A stretch of DNA of 64,000 nt from Bdellovibrionota bacterium (GCA_041391405.1 JAWKOB010000007.1:845-64844); one strand, 5' to 3'; positions 32,089 to 45,875 are shown, numbered from the stretch's first letter. A program made the numbers and translations. Notes: a model not told the origin generated them from the sequence alone.

Positions 32089-33375
32089 TTATAGTTCTTT
32101 CATCACTTGTTCGTGGGAGTGAATGGTATGATGCAAATCCTCTTCCCCATGCGCGGTCGAGACAAACCAAGCTTCATATTGAGATGGTGGAATGAAAACA
32201 CCACGCTCTAGCATTCCGTGAAAATATTTGGCAAAGCGTTTGGTGTCAGATTTTTTGGCATCAGCGAAATTGGTCACTGGATCTGGTGTGAAAAAGACGG
32301 TGAACATCGAACCCACACGATTGATGGTGACGGGAATGTTGTGTGTGTCGGAGCGTTTCTTAAGTTCATCCACCAAATACTGACTTCTGTATTCCAGATT
32401 TTGATATTGCTGTTCGTCTTTGAGAATCTTCAGCGTCTTGATTCCTGCGGACATGGAAACCGGATTGCCCGACATGGTACCAGCTTGATACATCGGACCT
32501 GCTGGAGCAACTTTATCCATAATCTCAGCTTTACCGCCGTATGCACCCACCGGCATGCCGCCACCAACGATTTTTCCAAGACACGTGATGTCGGGCGCAA
32601 CATTGTATCTTTCTTGGGCGCCACCAAAGGCCACACGAAAACCTGTCATGACCTCATCAAAGATCAAGAGCGAATCATATTCTGTACAAATTTCGCGAAG
32701 GGCTTCCAAAAAACCCTCATCAGGCGGAACAACGCCCATGTTGCCGGCCACAGGCTCGACAATCACGGCTGCGATTTCTTTTCCGTATTTTTCAAAACAT
32801 TCTTTGATTTTTTCGACGTTGTTGTAGGGAAGACTAATCGTTTGTTTGGTTATTTCTTCCAAAACACCAGGAGAATCTGGAATGCCCAGTGTTGCTACAC
32901 CTGATCCGGCTTCGACCAAAAATGAATCTCCATGACCGTGATAGTCGCCGTCGAATTTCACGATTTTTTTACGATCGGTGTGCGCACGCGCCAAACGAAT
33001 GGCCGACATGGTGGCTTCGGTTCCTGAATTTACGAAACGAACTTTTTGAATCGAAGGAATGGCACTGGTGACCAGTTTGGCCAATTCCAGTTCAAAACCA
33101 TTGGGCGCGCCAAAGGCCATCCCTTTTTCAATCGTCTTTTGAACTTTTTCTAGAACGTCTGGATGTGCGTGGCCGAGAATCATCGGACCATATCCCATCA
33201 CATAGTCGACGTAGTTTTTTCCATCGGCATCGGTGATGCGTGCGCCTTTTCCACGTTCCACAAAAAAGGGTGTTCCACCCACGGATCGAAACGAGCGTAC
33301 GGGCGAATTCACTCCGCCAGGAATGAGATTTAAGGATGCGTGAAATAATTCTTTGGATAGAGGTCCTGTAGACAT
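32089..33375 (-). CDS. hemL: Glutamate-1-semialdehyde 2,1-aminomutase
   Basis: GGVNSPVRSFRSVGG, NSGTEATMSAIRLARA, LIFDEVMTGFRVAFGGAQ. Intact 428 aa. Confidence 0.95.
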   Translation of the reverse strand: MSTGPLSKELFHASLNLIPGGVNSPVRSFRSVGGTPFFVERGKGARITDADGKNYVDYVMGYGPMILGHAHPDVLEKVQKTIEKGMAFGAPNGFELELAKLVTSAIPSIQKVRFVNSGTEATMSAIRLARAHTDRKKIVKFDGDYHGHGDSFLVEAGSGVATLGIPDSPGVLEEITKQTISLPYNNVEKIKECFEKYGKEIAAVIVEPVAGNMGVVPPDEGFLEALREICTEYDSLLIFDEVMTGFRVAFGGAQERYNVAPDITCLGKIVGGGMPVGAYGGKAEIMDKVAPAGPMYQAGTMSGNPVSMSAGIKTLKILKDEQQYQNLEYRSQYLVDELKKRSDTHNIPVTINRVGSMFTVFFTPDPVTNFADAKKSDTKRFAKYFHGMLERGVFIPPSQYEAWFVSTAHGEEDLHHTIHSHEQVMKEL

Positions 33376-33430
33376 ACTCCAAGAACTATAAGAGAGAATT
33401 TAAATTGTCTATGAATTTTCTGGGAATCGA

Positions 33431-33853
33431 TTATTCGCCATTTTGCGAATCACGAACCAATTTTCCGTTCGGCAGAATTCGATAGGTCGCAACACCGAAA
33501 TGGCCTTCTTTTTCATGCCATTGCAGTTGAACCAATCTCGATCCTTCCATAACACTCATTCTGAATTCTTGACCAATATCGGCTGAGTCAGTCATGGTGA
33601 TATATTCGGATGTTGTTGTATCTTTTTGATATTTATCATGAGCTTTGATCAAAGTTGTTGTTCCGCTGCGTGTGACTTTTAATTTCAAGGCTGCTACTGC
33701 CGGATTATCGCGGCTGCGTTCACCAATGACAAACTCAAGTTTGTCGGCTTTGCCGTCGCCGTTGATATCGCCTTGATAACAATTGGGTCCACAGTCGCCT
33801 GCGAATACCGATGATGTAAGTAAAATGGATAGGATGAATGCGAATTTGTTCAT
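33431..33853 (-). CDS. Small secreted protein with FG-GAP/EF-hand-like Ca-binding loop
   Basis: Signal peptide, then AGDCGPNCYQGDINGDGKADKLEF. Confidence 0.5.
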   Translation of the reverse strand: MNKFAFILSILLTSSVFAGDCGPNCYQGDINGDGKADKLEFVIGERSRDNPAVAALKLKVTRSGTTTLIKAHDKYQKDTTTSEYITMTDSADIGQEFRMSVMEGSRLVQLQWHEKEGHFGVATYRILPNGKLVRDSQNGE

Positions 33854-33937
33854 ATGATTTTTTTCCCCTTTAACCTATGTGCGAATTATAGGATATTATA
33901 ATGCACCAAGTCAATATGATTTGGTTTTTCTTTGTAA

Positions 33938-35764
33938 TTATTTGATTTTATTGATTTTTTTATCAACTCGATTGCGTACCATTGGAGAATAGAAGGTTTT
34001 GTTCTTTTCAAAGGTCGCTCGCGCCAATTTCTTACCTTGCTTGCTGGCCAACAGCGCATCATAGATCGGATAAACAAATTTACCTCTTCCCACACGACCC
34101 AAAAAGTTAGGAGCCGTGGCCAACGTAGTGGAATAATTTTTAGGAAGCGTAACCTGGTACCAAACCGTCAATACTTCTGGATCCTGTGTGCTGGAAAACC
34201 CGAAGGCTTGATCCAATTGTTTGATTTGTTCCAGATTCACTTTTCCAAGAATGGCTTGCAGAAAATAGCAGCGATCTTTACTGGTCATGTCAGCAATATC
34301 AACATCCGTGGGTAATTTTTTGTTTTCCAAAAACTCTTTCACCAGCAAATTCCAGCGATTGATCTTTTCGGATTCGATCGGTTTCATATCCGATGGAAAA
34401 TATTCCTGATTGATCCACTTGGTCAAAAAATCGCGATCCACAATTTTGGAAAGTTCCGCAACCACCTGATCGGTATTCACCGATTTGAATTTGTATTTTG
34501 CAAAATAACCTTTCAAAAATTTATCGAACGCAGATTTGCCAACTTTTTCCTCGATGGCATTCAAGAAGAGTGCGCCTTTGGTATATGGAACCAAAGAAAA
34601 CGCATCATCCGATGAACGACCTTCAAAATTGGTTTTGAGAACCGTGTCTCTGGGTTGCAATGTTTCTTTGTCCAGAAAATCATTTTCCAATGTGATTTTG
34701 TCAAGCGCCATATCACGACGACGGGTTGCCGTGTCGTGCAAGCGTTCGATAATACGATATTGAACGTAGGTTGTGAAACCTTCGTTAATCCATGTGTCGT
34801 CCCATTGTGCGTTGGTCACTAGATTTCCGGACCATGAATGCGCAATTTCATGCGCGACCACATCCACCAAATCTTTCTTTCCAGTGATCAGTGTCGGTGT
34901 GACAAAGGTCAAACGTGGATTTTCCATTCCGCCCCACGGATAGCTGGCTGGAAGGACAAGCAAGTCATAACGACCCCAGACATATTTTCCATAGAGGCTT
35001 TCAGCCGCTTGAATCATTTTTTCGGTGTCTTCGAATTCTTTGGCGGCAAGTTCGATCACTTCTGGTTCTGCGTACACACCAGTACGCGGTCCGGTAGATT
35101 TGAAGCTGAGTTTTCCTGCACCCAATGCAATCAGATAACTTGGAATCGGAATTTCCATGTTGAAGGCGTATTCGCCGTTGGCATTCACGCTCGTTGGATT
35201 GTTCTTTGCGCTCATCACCACCATCAAGTCCTTTTGAGCAAGGTGAACTTTGGCCGAATAGGTTGTTCGAATCACAGGTGTATCCTGGCAAGGAAAGAAC
35301 GATCTTGCAGCAATCGTTTCACTGTTGGTGGTGAGAAAAGGTCGCTTGGAAACGGTTTGAAGAGCCGTGTTCCATTGAAGTGCAACTGCGTCTTTCATCG
35401 CTGCATATTTAATTTTCACAGCTTTGACGTTTTTATTTTTTGGAAGTTCGATTTCGAGTTTCGATCCTAAGATTTCATCGATGTTGCCCATGGTGTATTT
35501 GGCATCAATCCATTTGTTTTTGGATTCTTGAATCTGAACAGATTCAATTTTGAGCGCCATGGTATCCAAAATCAAATTGGCTGATTTGTCCGAGCGGTTG
35601 AATGTAAGAACCGCTGTTCCATCGAGCGATTGTTTTTCAAGATCGATGTTCCAATCGAAATCCATGTTTGTGACTTGAACGCGGTGAGGTTCGGAATAGG
35701 AGTGTGGGTCAGCAGCAAATACTGCTGTGGTCAAAAGAAGTGTGGCAATGAATGATCTGATCAT
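33938..35764 (-). CDS. M1-family aminopeptidase (leukotriene A4 hydrolase / cold-active aminopeptidase-like), secreted
   Basis: GGMENP, HEIAHSWSGNLVTNAQWDDTWINEGFTTY (HExxH+E), a helical C-terminal domain, and a signal peptide. Confidence 0.9.
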   Translation of the reverse strand: MIRSFIATLLLTTAVFAADPHSYSEPHRVQVTNMDFDWNIDLEKQSLDGTAVLTFNRSDKSANLILDTMALKIESVQIQESKNKWIDAKYTMGNIDEILGSKLEIELPKNKNVKAVKIKYAAMKDAVALQWNTALQTVSKRPFLTTNSETIAARSFFPCQDTPVIRTTYSAKVHLAQKDLMVVMSAKNNPTSVNANGEYAFNMEIPIPSYLIALGAGKLSFKSTGPRTGVYAEPEVIELAAKEFEDTEKMIQAAESLYGKYVWGRYDLLVLPASYPWGGMENPRLTFVTPTLITGKKDLVDVVAHEIAHSWSGNLVTNAQWDDTWINEGFTTYVQYRIIERLHDTATRRRDMALDKITLENDFLDKETLQPRDTVLKTNFEGRSSDDAFSLVPYTKGALFLNAIEEKVGKSAFDKFLKGYFAKYKFKSVNTDQVVAELSKIVDRDFLTKWINQEYFPSDMKPIESEKINRWNLLVKEFLENKKLPTDVDIADMTSKDRCYFLQAILGKVNLEQIKQLDQAFGFSSTQDPEVLTVWYQVTLPKNYSTTLATAPNFLGRVGRGKFVYPIYDALLASKQGKKLARATFEKNKTFYSPMVRNRVDKKINKIK

Positions 35765-35826
35765 GAAAGCTCCTCAATGGGTTTTTCATGAAGTATCGAA
35801 GTGCCAGAGGAAAGTCTATGAATTGA

Positions 35827-36195
35827 TTATTTTTCAGACCCGGTTACGTCTTTGAAATTGGCCTTGCCATCGTTTTGAAAGATCTTGGTTCGGTCCATTT
35901 TGGATTTGTTTTCAATCCAATTCACAGTGATGTCGAAATCCCCATCATTGTCACGATCGATCACACTCAATGTATAAATATCGTCCAAATCAGCTGTGGT
36001 TGTGACTGGAATCGAAGTTTTTCCGACGATTTTCACCTCAATGGTTCCTGGTTTGGTGATGTCCAATTTAATGGTTTCCTTTTCGGGAGTATCATCCAGG
36101 TTTTTTTCAAAGAAGTTTTCACCACATTCCCCGGCCCATGCAGATCCGCAGATCAAAAGTGAAAGTATCAAAAATTTCTGAATCATTTTCATCAA
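35827..36195 (-). CDS. Small secreted protein with DxDxDG-like loop
   Basis: Signal peptide, then AGECGENFF...VIDRDNDGDFDITV. Confidence 0.5.
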   Translation of the reverse strand: MMKMIQKFLILSLLICGSAWAGECGENFFEKNLDDTPEKETIKLDITKPGTIEVKIVGKTSIPVTTTADLDDIYTLSVIDRDNDGDFDITVNWIENKSKMDRTKIFQNDGKANFKDVTGSEK

Positions 36196-36276
36196 TTAGC
36201 TCTGATCTTTATTGTACTGCCTCTAAAGCCCGCATGTCAACGGAACCCGCGGGGTTACACCCTTAACTTATTGAAA

Positions 36277-37071
36277 TTACAGCTTTGTATCCTTGTAGGA
36301 TTTCTTAATTTTGCGCTTTTCCATTCCCTTGAGGCGAATTTCAATCACCTTGGGAGAAGGGTAAACATTTTCGATTTGTTTGTAATACGTCTTGGCACGT
36401 TCAAAATCATCCAATTCATCATACGAGCTCGCCAATCCAAAAATCACGTCTGTCTTATATTTAGTATCCGGAAACAGTTGCAGGACCTTTTGATAATCCT
36501 GCAATGCTTGATCATATTTTCCGGCAATATAGGCATTGGTTGCTTTCTTTACATAGACATCTTCCATGCGTTCATACGCAGGATATTTTTCAACCAAGGT
36601 TTCATATTCAAGATTGGCCTGATTGTAATCATGCAATAGTGTGTAGCAATCGGCGATTTCAAATTGAACTTCCGGCGCGCTTGAATCATTGGGTACTGCG
36701 CGAATCAGTTTGTCGTATTCGGTCAAGGCTTGCCGGTAATTTGAAAAATTATTTTTGAAGATATCGGCGATATTTCGTTGAGCCTGGACGGTGTATTTGT
36801 TGATGGGATAGCTTGCGACAAGTTTACGATAGGTTTCGATGGCTTTATCAAGTTCGCCAAGCATCATCTGCTGAATATTGCCGATTTCCAGCAATGCTTC
36901 GGGAGCGCGAGGGTGTTCCGGATGTTTATAGACGAAGGAAAGATAATACTCGATCGCGTTGTAAAATTTTCGTTCACGAACCAGATCTTTGGCTTTCTTG
37001 AAATCCGAAAAATTCGAGCATGCCACCAACATCAGGGCCATTATGAAAACTGCGCGTTTCATTGCCCACAA
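36277..37071 (-). CDS. TPR-repeat lipoprotein (BamD/YfiO-like)
   Basis: Lipobox LMLVAC. Repeated TPR-like units (KFYNAIEYYLSFVYKHPEHPRAPEALLEIGN..., YRQALTEYDKLIRAVPND..., YDQALQDYQKVLQLFPDT...). Confidence 0.6.
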   Translation of the reverse strand: MWAMKRAVFIMALMLVACSNFSDFKKAKDLVRERKFYNAIEYYLSFVYKHPEHPRAPEALLEIGNIQQMMLGELDKAIETYRKLVASYPINKYTVQAQRNIADIFKNNFSNYRQALTEYDKLIRAVPNDSSAPEVQFEIADCYTLLHDYNQANLEYETLVEKYPAYERMEDVYVKKATNAYIAGKYDQALQDYQKVLQLFPDTKYKTDVIFGLASSYDELDDFERAKTYYKQIENVYPSPKVIEIRLKGMEKRKIKKSYKDTKL

Positions 37072-37105
37072 TTGTAACTCTCAGTGCCAGAAGGTCTAGA
37101 GATTT

Positions 37106-39577
37106 CTATGCTGAACCCACGGGCTCAGCCGCAGCCGCTTCCTCTTCATCCTCAGTGATGATCTTCGCGAAAGAAACGAGCTTTTCATTTGGGTCCATAT
37201 GGATCAAACGAACGCCTTGGGTCGCACGACCAATCACGGAAATATCCTTCGCTTTCATGCGAATGAGTTTTCCTTGATCAGAAATCAGCATCACGTCGTC
37301 ATCGTCGGTGATTTGAGTAATACCGACCACGGCACCGTTTTTCTCAGTCACACGAATGGTCATGACACCTTTGCCGCCGCGGGTTTGACTGCGATATTCT
37401 GTGGTGTCGGTTCGTTTGCCGTAACCACGTTCAGTGGTGGTCAGAAGTGTTCCTTCATTTTTCAGAACTTCCATGCCCACGACATAATCGCCTTTGTCCA
37501 TACGGATACCAGTCACGCCGGTGGCGGTACGGCCCATCGGACGAACTTGTTTTTCATCAAAGCGAATGGCTGAACCTTCCTTGGTTGCAAGGAAGATGTT
37601 GCATTCACCATCGGTCAAACGTGCCGAGATCAGGCGATCGCCATCGGAAACGCCAAGTGCGATGATTCCGGATGCGCGCGGATTGGAGTACGCCATCAGA
37701 TCCGTTTTCTTCACAACGCCTTCTTTGGTCGCCATGATGATGTATTGACCCAGTGCGAATTCTTTCACTGGCAAAATCGCTGCGATTTTTTCACCTTGAT
37801 TCATTTGAAGCAAGTTGATGATTGGTTTACCACGGGCCACACGTCCGACTTGTGGAAGTTCATGCACGCGCAACCAGAAACATTTACCGCGATCGGAGAA
37901 GACCAGAAGGAAGGAATGCGTGGAAGCCACGAACACATTGGTCACGAAATCTTCTTCTTTGACGCCTGTGCCGACTTTGCCCTTACCACCGCGTTTTTGG
38001 CTGCGGTACAGGGAAAGTGGATTGCGTTTGATATAACCGGCATGGGTCACGGTCACAACCATCTCTTCTTCTTCGATCAAATCTTCATCCGACATCTCAG
38101 TCAATGAACCTTTGATATCCGTGCGACGAGCATCACCGAATTGTTTTTTGATCTCTTCGGTTTCAGAGACGATCACTTTGTCGATCAGATTCGGGCTTGC
38201 GAGGAGTTTTTCGAGCTCTTCGATCAGCTTCATGATCGCTTTGTAATCTTCGATGATTTTGTCACGTTCAAGGTTGGTTAAACGTTGCAATCTCATTTCC
38301 AAAATCGCATTCGATTGAATTTCGGATAATTCAAATTTCTCCATCAATCCTTCGCGAGCAACAATTGGATCTTTGGAAGCGCGGATCAATTTGATGACCG
38401 CATCTAGATTATCAAGAGCGATTTTCAAACCTTCCAAGATATGCGCTTGCGCTTTGGCTTTGTTCAATTCGAACATTGTTCTGCGTGTTACGATCTCGCG
38501 GCGATGTTCGATAAATTGGGTCAGTGCTTCGCGAAGCGAAACGATCTTTGGACGACCATTTACAATCGCGAGCATGATGACACCAAATGACGTTTGCATT
38601 TGGGTCATGTTGTACAAATTGTTCAGAACCACCGCAGGAGTTGCATCACGGCGAAGTTCGATCACCACGCGCATACCGTCGCGATCGGATTCATCACGCA
38701 AATCGGAAATTCCTTCGAGCTTTTTGTCACGAACAAGATCTGCGATCGATTCGATCAAGCGAGCTTTGTTCACTTGATATGGAAGTTCTGTGATGATGAT
38801 CTGGCTGCGATCATTTTTCAGGGTTTCAATCGTTGCTTTTGCACGAACGGTGAATTTCCCACGTCCTGTTTCATAAGCTTCTTCGATTCCCTTTTTACCG
38901 TGGATGGTTCCAGCTGTTGGGAAGTCCGGACCTTTGATGATCTTATATAGATCTTTGTTGGTCATTTCCGGTGTTTGAATCAAACCAACCAATCCATCGC
39001 AAAGTTCATTCAAGTTGTGCGGTGGAATGTTGGTGGCCATGCCCACGGCGATACCGGAGGCACCGTTCAACAATAGACTTGGAATTTTGGTCGGAAGAAC
39101 CAGAGGTTCGTCCAACGTATCGTCGTAGTTGCGGCCAAATTGAATCGTGTCCTTTTCAATATCGGTCAGAAATTCTTCACCGATTTTGGAAAGGCGGATT
39201 TCTGTGTAACGCATGGCCGCTGCGGAGTCACCGTCGACCGAACCGAAGTTACCTTGACCATCCACTAGCGTTGCACGAAGTGAGAAATCTTGCGCCAAAC
39301 GAACGATGGTGTCGTAAATCGCTGAGTCACCGTGCGGGTGATACTTACCCATGACGTCACCCACCACACGAGCCGATTTTTTGTGCGGTTTATTGTGGGT
39401 GTTGCCCATTTCGTACATGCCGTAAAGAACACGACGATGCACCGGTTTCAAACCGTCACGGATGTCTGGAAGCGCGCGTCCGACGATAACACTCATCGCG
39501 TAATCGAGATACGATGTGCGCATTTCCTCGATAATGGATTTTTGTACGATCTTTTGTTTGCTTACTTCTGTTGCCAT
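37106..39577 (-). CDS. gyrA: DNA gyrase subunit A
   Basis: [44 protein letters not shown]-terminal beta-pinwheel repeats and an acidic tail. Intact 823 aa. Confidence 0.97.
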   Translation of the reverse strand: MATEVSKQKIVQKSIIEEMRTSYLDYAMSVIVGRALPDIRDGLKPVHRRVLYGMYEMGNTHNKPHKKSARVVGDVMGKYHPHGDSAIYDTIVRLAQDFSLRATLVDGQGNFGSVDGDSAAAMRYTEIRLSKIGEEFLTDIEKDTIQFGRNYDDTLDEPLVLPTKIPSLLLNGASGIAVGMATNIPPHNLNELCDGLVGLIQTPEMTNKDLYKIIKGPDFPTAGTIHGKKGIEEAYETGRGKFTVRAKATIETLKNDRSQIIITELPYQVNKARLIESIADLVRDKKLEGISDLRDESDRDGMRVVIELRRDATPAVVLNNLYNMTQMQTSFGVIMLAIVNGRPKIVSLREALTQFIEHRREIVTRRTMFELNKAKAQAHILEGLKIALDNLDAVIKLIRASKDPIVAREGLMEKFELSEIQSNAILEMRLQRLTNLERDKIIEDYKAIMKLIEELEKLLASPNLIDKVIVSETEEIKKQFGDARRTDIKGSLTEMSDEDLIEEEEMVVTVTHAGYIKRNPLSLYRSQKRGGKGKVGTGVKEEDFVTNVFVASTHSFLLVFSDRGKCFWLRVHELPQVGRVARGKPIINLLQMNQGEKIAAILPVKEFALGQYIIMATKEGVVKKTDLMAYSNPRASGIIALGVSDGDRLISARLTDGECNIFLATKEGSAIRFDEKQVRPMGRTATGVTGIRMDKGDYVVGMEVLKNEGTLLTTTERGYGKRTDTTEYRSQTRGGKGVMTIRVTEKNGAVVGITQITDDDDVMLISDQGKLIRMKAKDISVIGRATQGVRLIHMDPNEKLVSFAKIITEDEEEAAAAEPVGSA

Positions 39578-39579
39578 AA

Positions 39580-42051
<2,472 letters not shown>

Positions 42052-42160
42052 TCAAGGGTAAAAACTGCAAAAACAGTATCAGGAAACGTGGGCCGTGCAA
42101 ACGAAAAAAACGCGTTCCAAATGGCTCTGAAGCCTAGTGTTTTCAGGTGTTTGCGGTTGA

Positions 42161-43246
42161 TTATTTCCAAAAAACGGGGGTTTGAAAATTCACCTTTTCT
42201 TGTGTCAAAATTCGAGCTCCGATTCCACGGGCATTTTCCACAATCGACGGATTTGGCGTCGTAATTAGGGTTTGTGGTTTGAGTTTTTCGAGTCTTTCAA
42301 ACAAATGGCTTCGTCGTTCATCATCCAGAGTGACACCCACATCATCTAGCAACATCACAGGGATCGAATCCTCGTGAGACAGATGATTCATTTCTGAAAA
42401 CTTAAGGGACAGCAGAATGGAGGCGCGTTCACCTTGACTGGCTGTTGTTTCCGCGGGGAGTCCTTTGAGTTGGATCTCGAAATCATCCCGATGCGGTCCG
42501 GCCAATAGACGTTTGATTCGATGTTCCTGAAATTCGATTTCTTTCAGACGATTGGGAATTGAATCTTCCCGTTGATGATAAATCAAGTCGACTGGGGCAG
42601 AAGTTTGGCTGATTTCCTCGTATTCAGATCTTACCCCTGGAAGAAGGTCCAAAAGAAGTTGTTTGCGTCGATTTCGTATTTCTTCACCAAAATGGATAAG
42701 TTGCTGGTTCCAGGGTTCAATTTGGTTTTTATAGTCTGAGAAGCTCAGGTTTTGCTTCAGAAGCGCTTGTTTTTGTTTCACCGTCTTTCGGTATGACTTG
42801 AATGTGTCGATCAAAATCGGGTGCTTTTGACAAAGCAAGTGATCCAAATAATTCCTTCGTTTTTCGCCACTGCCTGAAATCAAATTGATATGTTCAGGTG
42901 CCAAAACAACGACTTTGGTTTCGTGCAGAAACTGCGATGTACGCGTGACACGATCGCCGTTTTTGGAAAAAATGTGTTTTCGCGGAAGAATGTCGACCTG
43001 AACCGTGTCAAAGTCGGTGGTTTCGCCCTGAATTTGACCGATGGGTTGTTCGTGACTGACCAAGTCGAAAAGTTTAGTTGCTCGATAAGATTTGGTTGTG
43101 GCAAGCACATACATCGCTTCCAGGATTGTGGTTTTCCCAGCCCCGTTGGCGCCGAACAAAACGTTGATCCCACGCTCAAAGTCCACGCTGACGCGCCCAT
43201 ACGGACGAATGTGATGTAAGGATATTTTCTGAAACACTTTCAGCAA
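42161..43246 (-). CDS. recF: DNA replication and repair protein RecF
   Basis: Walker A FGANGAGKTTILEAM. SMC-like signature ASQGERASILLSLKF. Walker B MLLDDV. Confidence 0.9.
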   Translation of the reverse strand: MLKVFQKISLHHIRPYGRVSVDFERGINVLFGANGAGKTTILEAMYVLATTKSYRATKLFDLVSHEQPIGQIQGETTDFDTVQVDILPRKHIFSKNGDRVTRTSQFLHETKVVVLAPEHINLISGSGEKRRNYLDHLLCQKHPILIDTFKSYRKTVKQKQALLKQNLSFSDYKNQIEPWNQQLIHFGEEIRNRRKQLLLDLLPGVRSEYEEISQTSAPVDLIYHQREDSIPNRLKEIEFQEHRIKRLLAGPHRDDFEIQLKGLPAETTASQGERASILLSLKFSEMNHLSHEDSIPVMLLDDVGVTLDDERRSHLFERLEKLKPQTLITTPNPSIVENARGIGARILTQEKVNFQTPVFWK

Positions 43247-43276
43247 AGTGTCAGACTATTCTGGAACTTGCAAGGG

Positions 43277-44452
43277 TTACAAAATGCAAGGAACTGCATC
43301 GACGAAATAAGATTCGGCTGAGTATTCAAAAACCCCCATTAAAGGTTCAACGATTTGGGTTTTGATTTCATTTTTCAGTTTTTTGAGAACACTTTGAAAT
43401 TCATTTTCTCTGGATATTGGCCCTGCAACGTTGATGTATATTTTGTAGAGTTCAAATGGGTTGTTGGGTTGGCGTAGCATGGCAAATTGGTGAACATGAC
43501 CCAATTCATGCACCAAAACACGTGATAATACAGGCAATGTTGGAAAATCGTGGTCTTGGCTTCCGTCGCGGTTGTATCTTAGATTTACCGTTTCACTGGC
43601 TTCGGTCATTGGTTCATCATTTAGAATAGGTTTTGTTTCTTCGATGGTTTTATCCATGAGGTTTTCCAACATAAATGTTCCAAGAACGATTTTAATCCCG
43701 TTGTCGAAAATATTGGTTTCTGCCAAAAGTCGGCTGTTTTCCATTTTTCTTTTCACAATCATGTTATCGGTGAAAACTTGATTGTAATTTGCTGCAACCG
43801 TTGGATTACATTGGGTAATGCTCATTTTTTGATTTTTTGAATCAACCAAATGGGCACGAACTTTAACTCTTTCTGTGGTGGTAAGTTCTTCTAGTGGAGG
43901 ATTGATGGGTTTGGCTTGGTTGGTTTGATTGATTTCGTTTTGAAGGTAATTCAACTTTTCAATGAATGTTCTTTCATAGAACTCAGGATCAACCTGTTTT
44001 TGTTGTCTTGATAGATATTCTTCTGTGGTTTGATTGATAAAGTCGTGCTGTTTTTTTTCTGAAGGATAAAAACTCGAATAAGTTGATCCAAGGGTTTGAT
44101 TTGATTTACTTTTAAAAAGATCAATCAAGACCGTTCCATGAAAATGTTTTGACGTTACAAGTTGGGATTCTCCTTCTGGGACACCGGCAAAGCCATAAAA
44201 CTTTTTACCAATTAAAGCACCTTCAGCATATTTTTGTTTACCGATGACTAAGTCAGGAATTGCATTGTAAGAATATTCAACGGCTTTTTTTCCTCCAAAA
44301 TTTACACAACGAACCACGTCTTTTTCATCGCGGTAAACCGTTCGACTTGCTCCATGTTCTTTTTTGCACGCTGTTAAATCAAAATTATCAGCGGAATGGG
44401 CCGTTTGTGCAGTTGACAAAAACAACAATAAAATTAGGTATTTGTACTTCAC
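43277..44452 (-). CDS. Secreted hypothetical protein with C-terminal HExxH motif (putative zinc metallopeptidase)
   Basis: Signal peptide MKYKYLILLLFLSTAQTAHSA. VLVHELGHVHQF lies near the C-terminus. No other recognisable domain. Confidence 0.5.
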   Translation of the reverse strand: MKYKYLILLLFLSTAQTAHSADNFDLTACKKEHGASRTVYRDEKDVVRCVNFGGKKAVEYSYNAIPDLVIGKQKYAEGALIGKKFYGFAGVPEGESQLVTSKHFHGTVLIDLFKSKSNQTLGSTYSSFYPSEKKQHDFINQTTEEYLSRQQKQVDPEFYERTFIEKLNYLQNEINQTNQAKPINPPLEELTTTERVKVRAHLVDSKNQKMSITQCNPTVAANYNQVFTDNMIVKRKMENSRLLAETNIFDNGIKIVLGTFMLENLMDKTIEETKPILNDEPMTEASETVNLRYNRDGSQDHDFPTLPVLSRVLVHELGHVHQFAMLRQPNNPFELYKIYINVAGPISRENEFQSVLKKLKNEIKTQIVEPLMGVFEYSAESYFVDAVPCIL

Positions 44453-44496
44453 TTAAATCCCCCGAAGAGGACTATACACGATATGGATGCGTTGAG

Positions 44497-45621
44497 TCAA
44501 ACACGCATCGGCATGATCACGCCGAAGAAGGTTGGGTCATCCGCCATACGGAATACGCCAGGGCTTTGTTCGTGGTTGAGCTCCAGTACAACTTTGTCAC
44601 CATTGGTTGCGTTGATGACATCCATCACATAGCGGGCGTTGAATCCGATGTTCATTTCTCCACCATTGAATTCGCCTTGAATTTCTTCTTCCGCTTCACC
44701 AAGCTCCGGTGAGTTTGCTTTGAGCAAAACGCCTTTGCCATGAATTCCGAATTTGACGCATTTGGATTTTCCTTCTGAAAGGAGCGACACGCGACGAAGT
44801 GAATCGGAGAACTGATTTCGATCAAGTGTGAGTTTTTTGTCGTTATTTTTGGGAATTACGGCGGTGTAATCCGGAAATTCTCCGACAACCAGTCTCATGA
44901 ATAAAAATGTGTCGTCGAATTGAAAGGCGACGCTTCCTTTGGAGAATCCAAATTGAATCAATCCCTTTTTGGATTCCGACAACAGCCTTTTCAATTCCAT
45001 GATTCCTTTGCGGGGAAGAATGATGCCTTTTTCAAGCTCGACATCTTCATCGTCCGCCAAAACCATGTTGTAAAAGGCAAGGCGGTGCCCGTCTGTGGAG
45101 ATCATTTTGAACAGAGTTTTTCCGTTTGGGGTGGTTTCTGTTTCAACCAATGATCCATTGAGGTTGTAGCGCATTTCATCCATGCAAATGGCAAAAGATG
45201 TTTTATCAATGGCGTTTTCAAAGGTTTCGGCTTTGATTTTTTGGAATTTGAATTCTCGGGCGGTTGGAATTTTTGGGAACTCATCTCCGATGACGCCGGC
45301 GATTTTGAATTGGGCCTTGCCAGAAGAAATAGTGACCCATGAGTTCGCGTTGGTTTCGAATTTTACATCATCTGCTGGAAGTTCTTTAATGATTCCAATG
45401 AGGTGTTGTGCAGGAATGCAAATTTGTCCTTCTTCTTTCACTGTGCAAGGAACTTCTCCGTGCATTCCAATTTCCAAATCAGTTGCTGTGATGAAAAGTT
45501 TGTCTTTGTCAGAACGAAGAAGAATATTTCCGAGAATTGGCATGGTGGTCTTCTTTTCCGCAATTGCAGATGCACGTTGAAGACTTTTGAGAATGTCTTT
45601 TTTCTGAAAACCAATTTTCAT
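44497..45621 (-). CDS. dnaN: DNA polymerase III beta sliding clamp
   Basis: MKIGFQKKDILKSLQRASAIAEKKTTMPILGNILL...; ends MPMRV. Intact 374 aa. Confidence 0.95.
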   Translation of the reverse strand: MKIGFQKKDILKSLQRASAIAEKKTTMPILGNILLRSDKDKLFITATDLEIGMHGEVPCTVKEEGQICIPAQHLIGIIKELPADDVKFETNANSWVTISSGKAQFKIAGVIGDEFPKIPTAREFKFQKIKAETFENAIDKTSFAICMDEMRYNLNGSLVETETTPNGKTLFKMISTDGHRLAFYNMVLADDEDVELEKGIILPRKGIMELKRLLSESKKGLIQFGFSKGSVAFQFDDTFLFMRLVVGEFPDYTAVIPKNNDKKLTLDRNQFSDSLRRVSLLSEGKSKCVKFGIHGKGVLLKANSPELGEAEEEIQGEFNGGEMNIGFNARYVMDVINATNGDKVVLELNHEQSPGVFRMADDPTFFGVIMPMRV

Positions 45622-45875
45622 GGGTACTCCCTAAATACAGAATGAATATATAAATCAGTAATAATAGAAGGTCTTGTGGATACAAAGCAAAATTTTCTAA
45701 AAACCGCAAAAATACTGGATGAACGGAAAAACAAAGTTGTGGAATAATCTTTGATAAACCTCGAGTGATTCACAGAGACACCAATTATTTTCGGAAATAA
45801 AAAGTTATTCACAAAGCAAAAACCTACCTAACCCACATGGTTATCAACAGAGGATAAAGAAACTGAATGGTGCGA

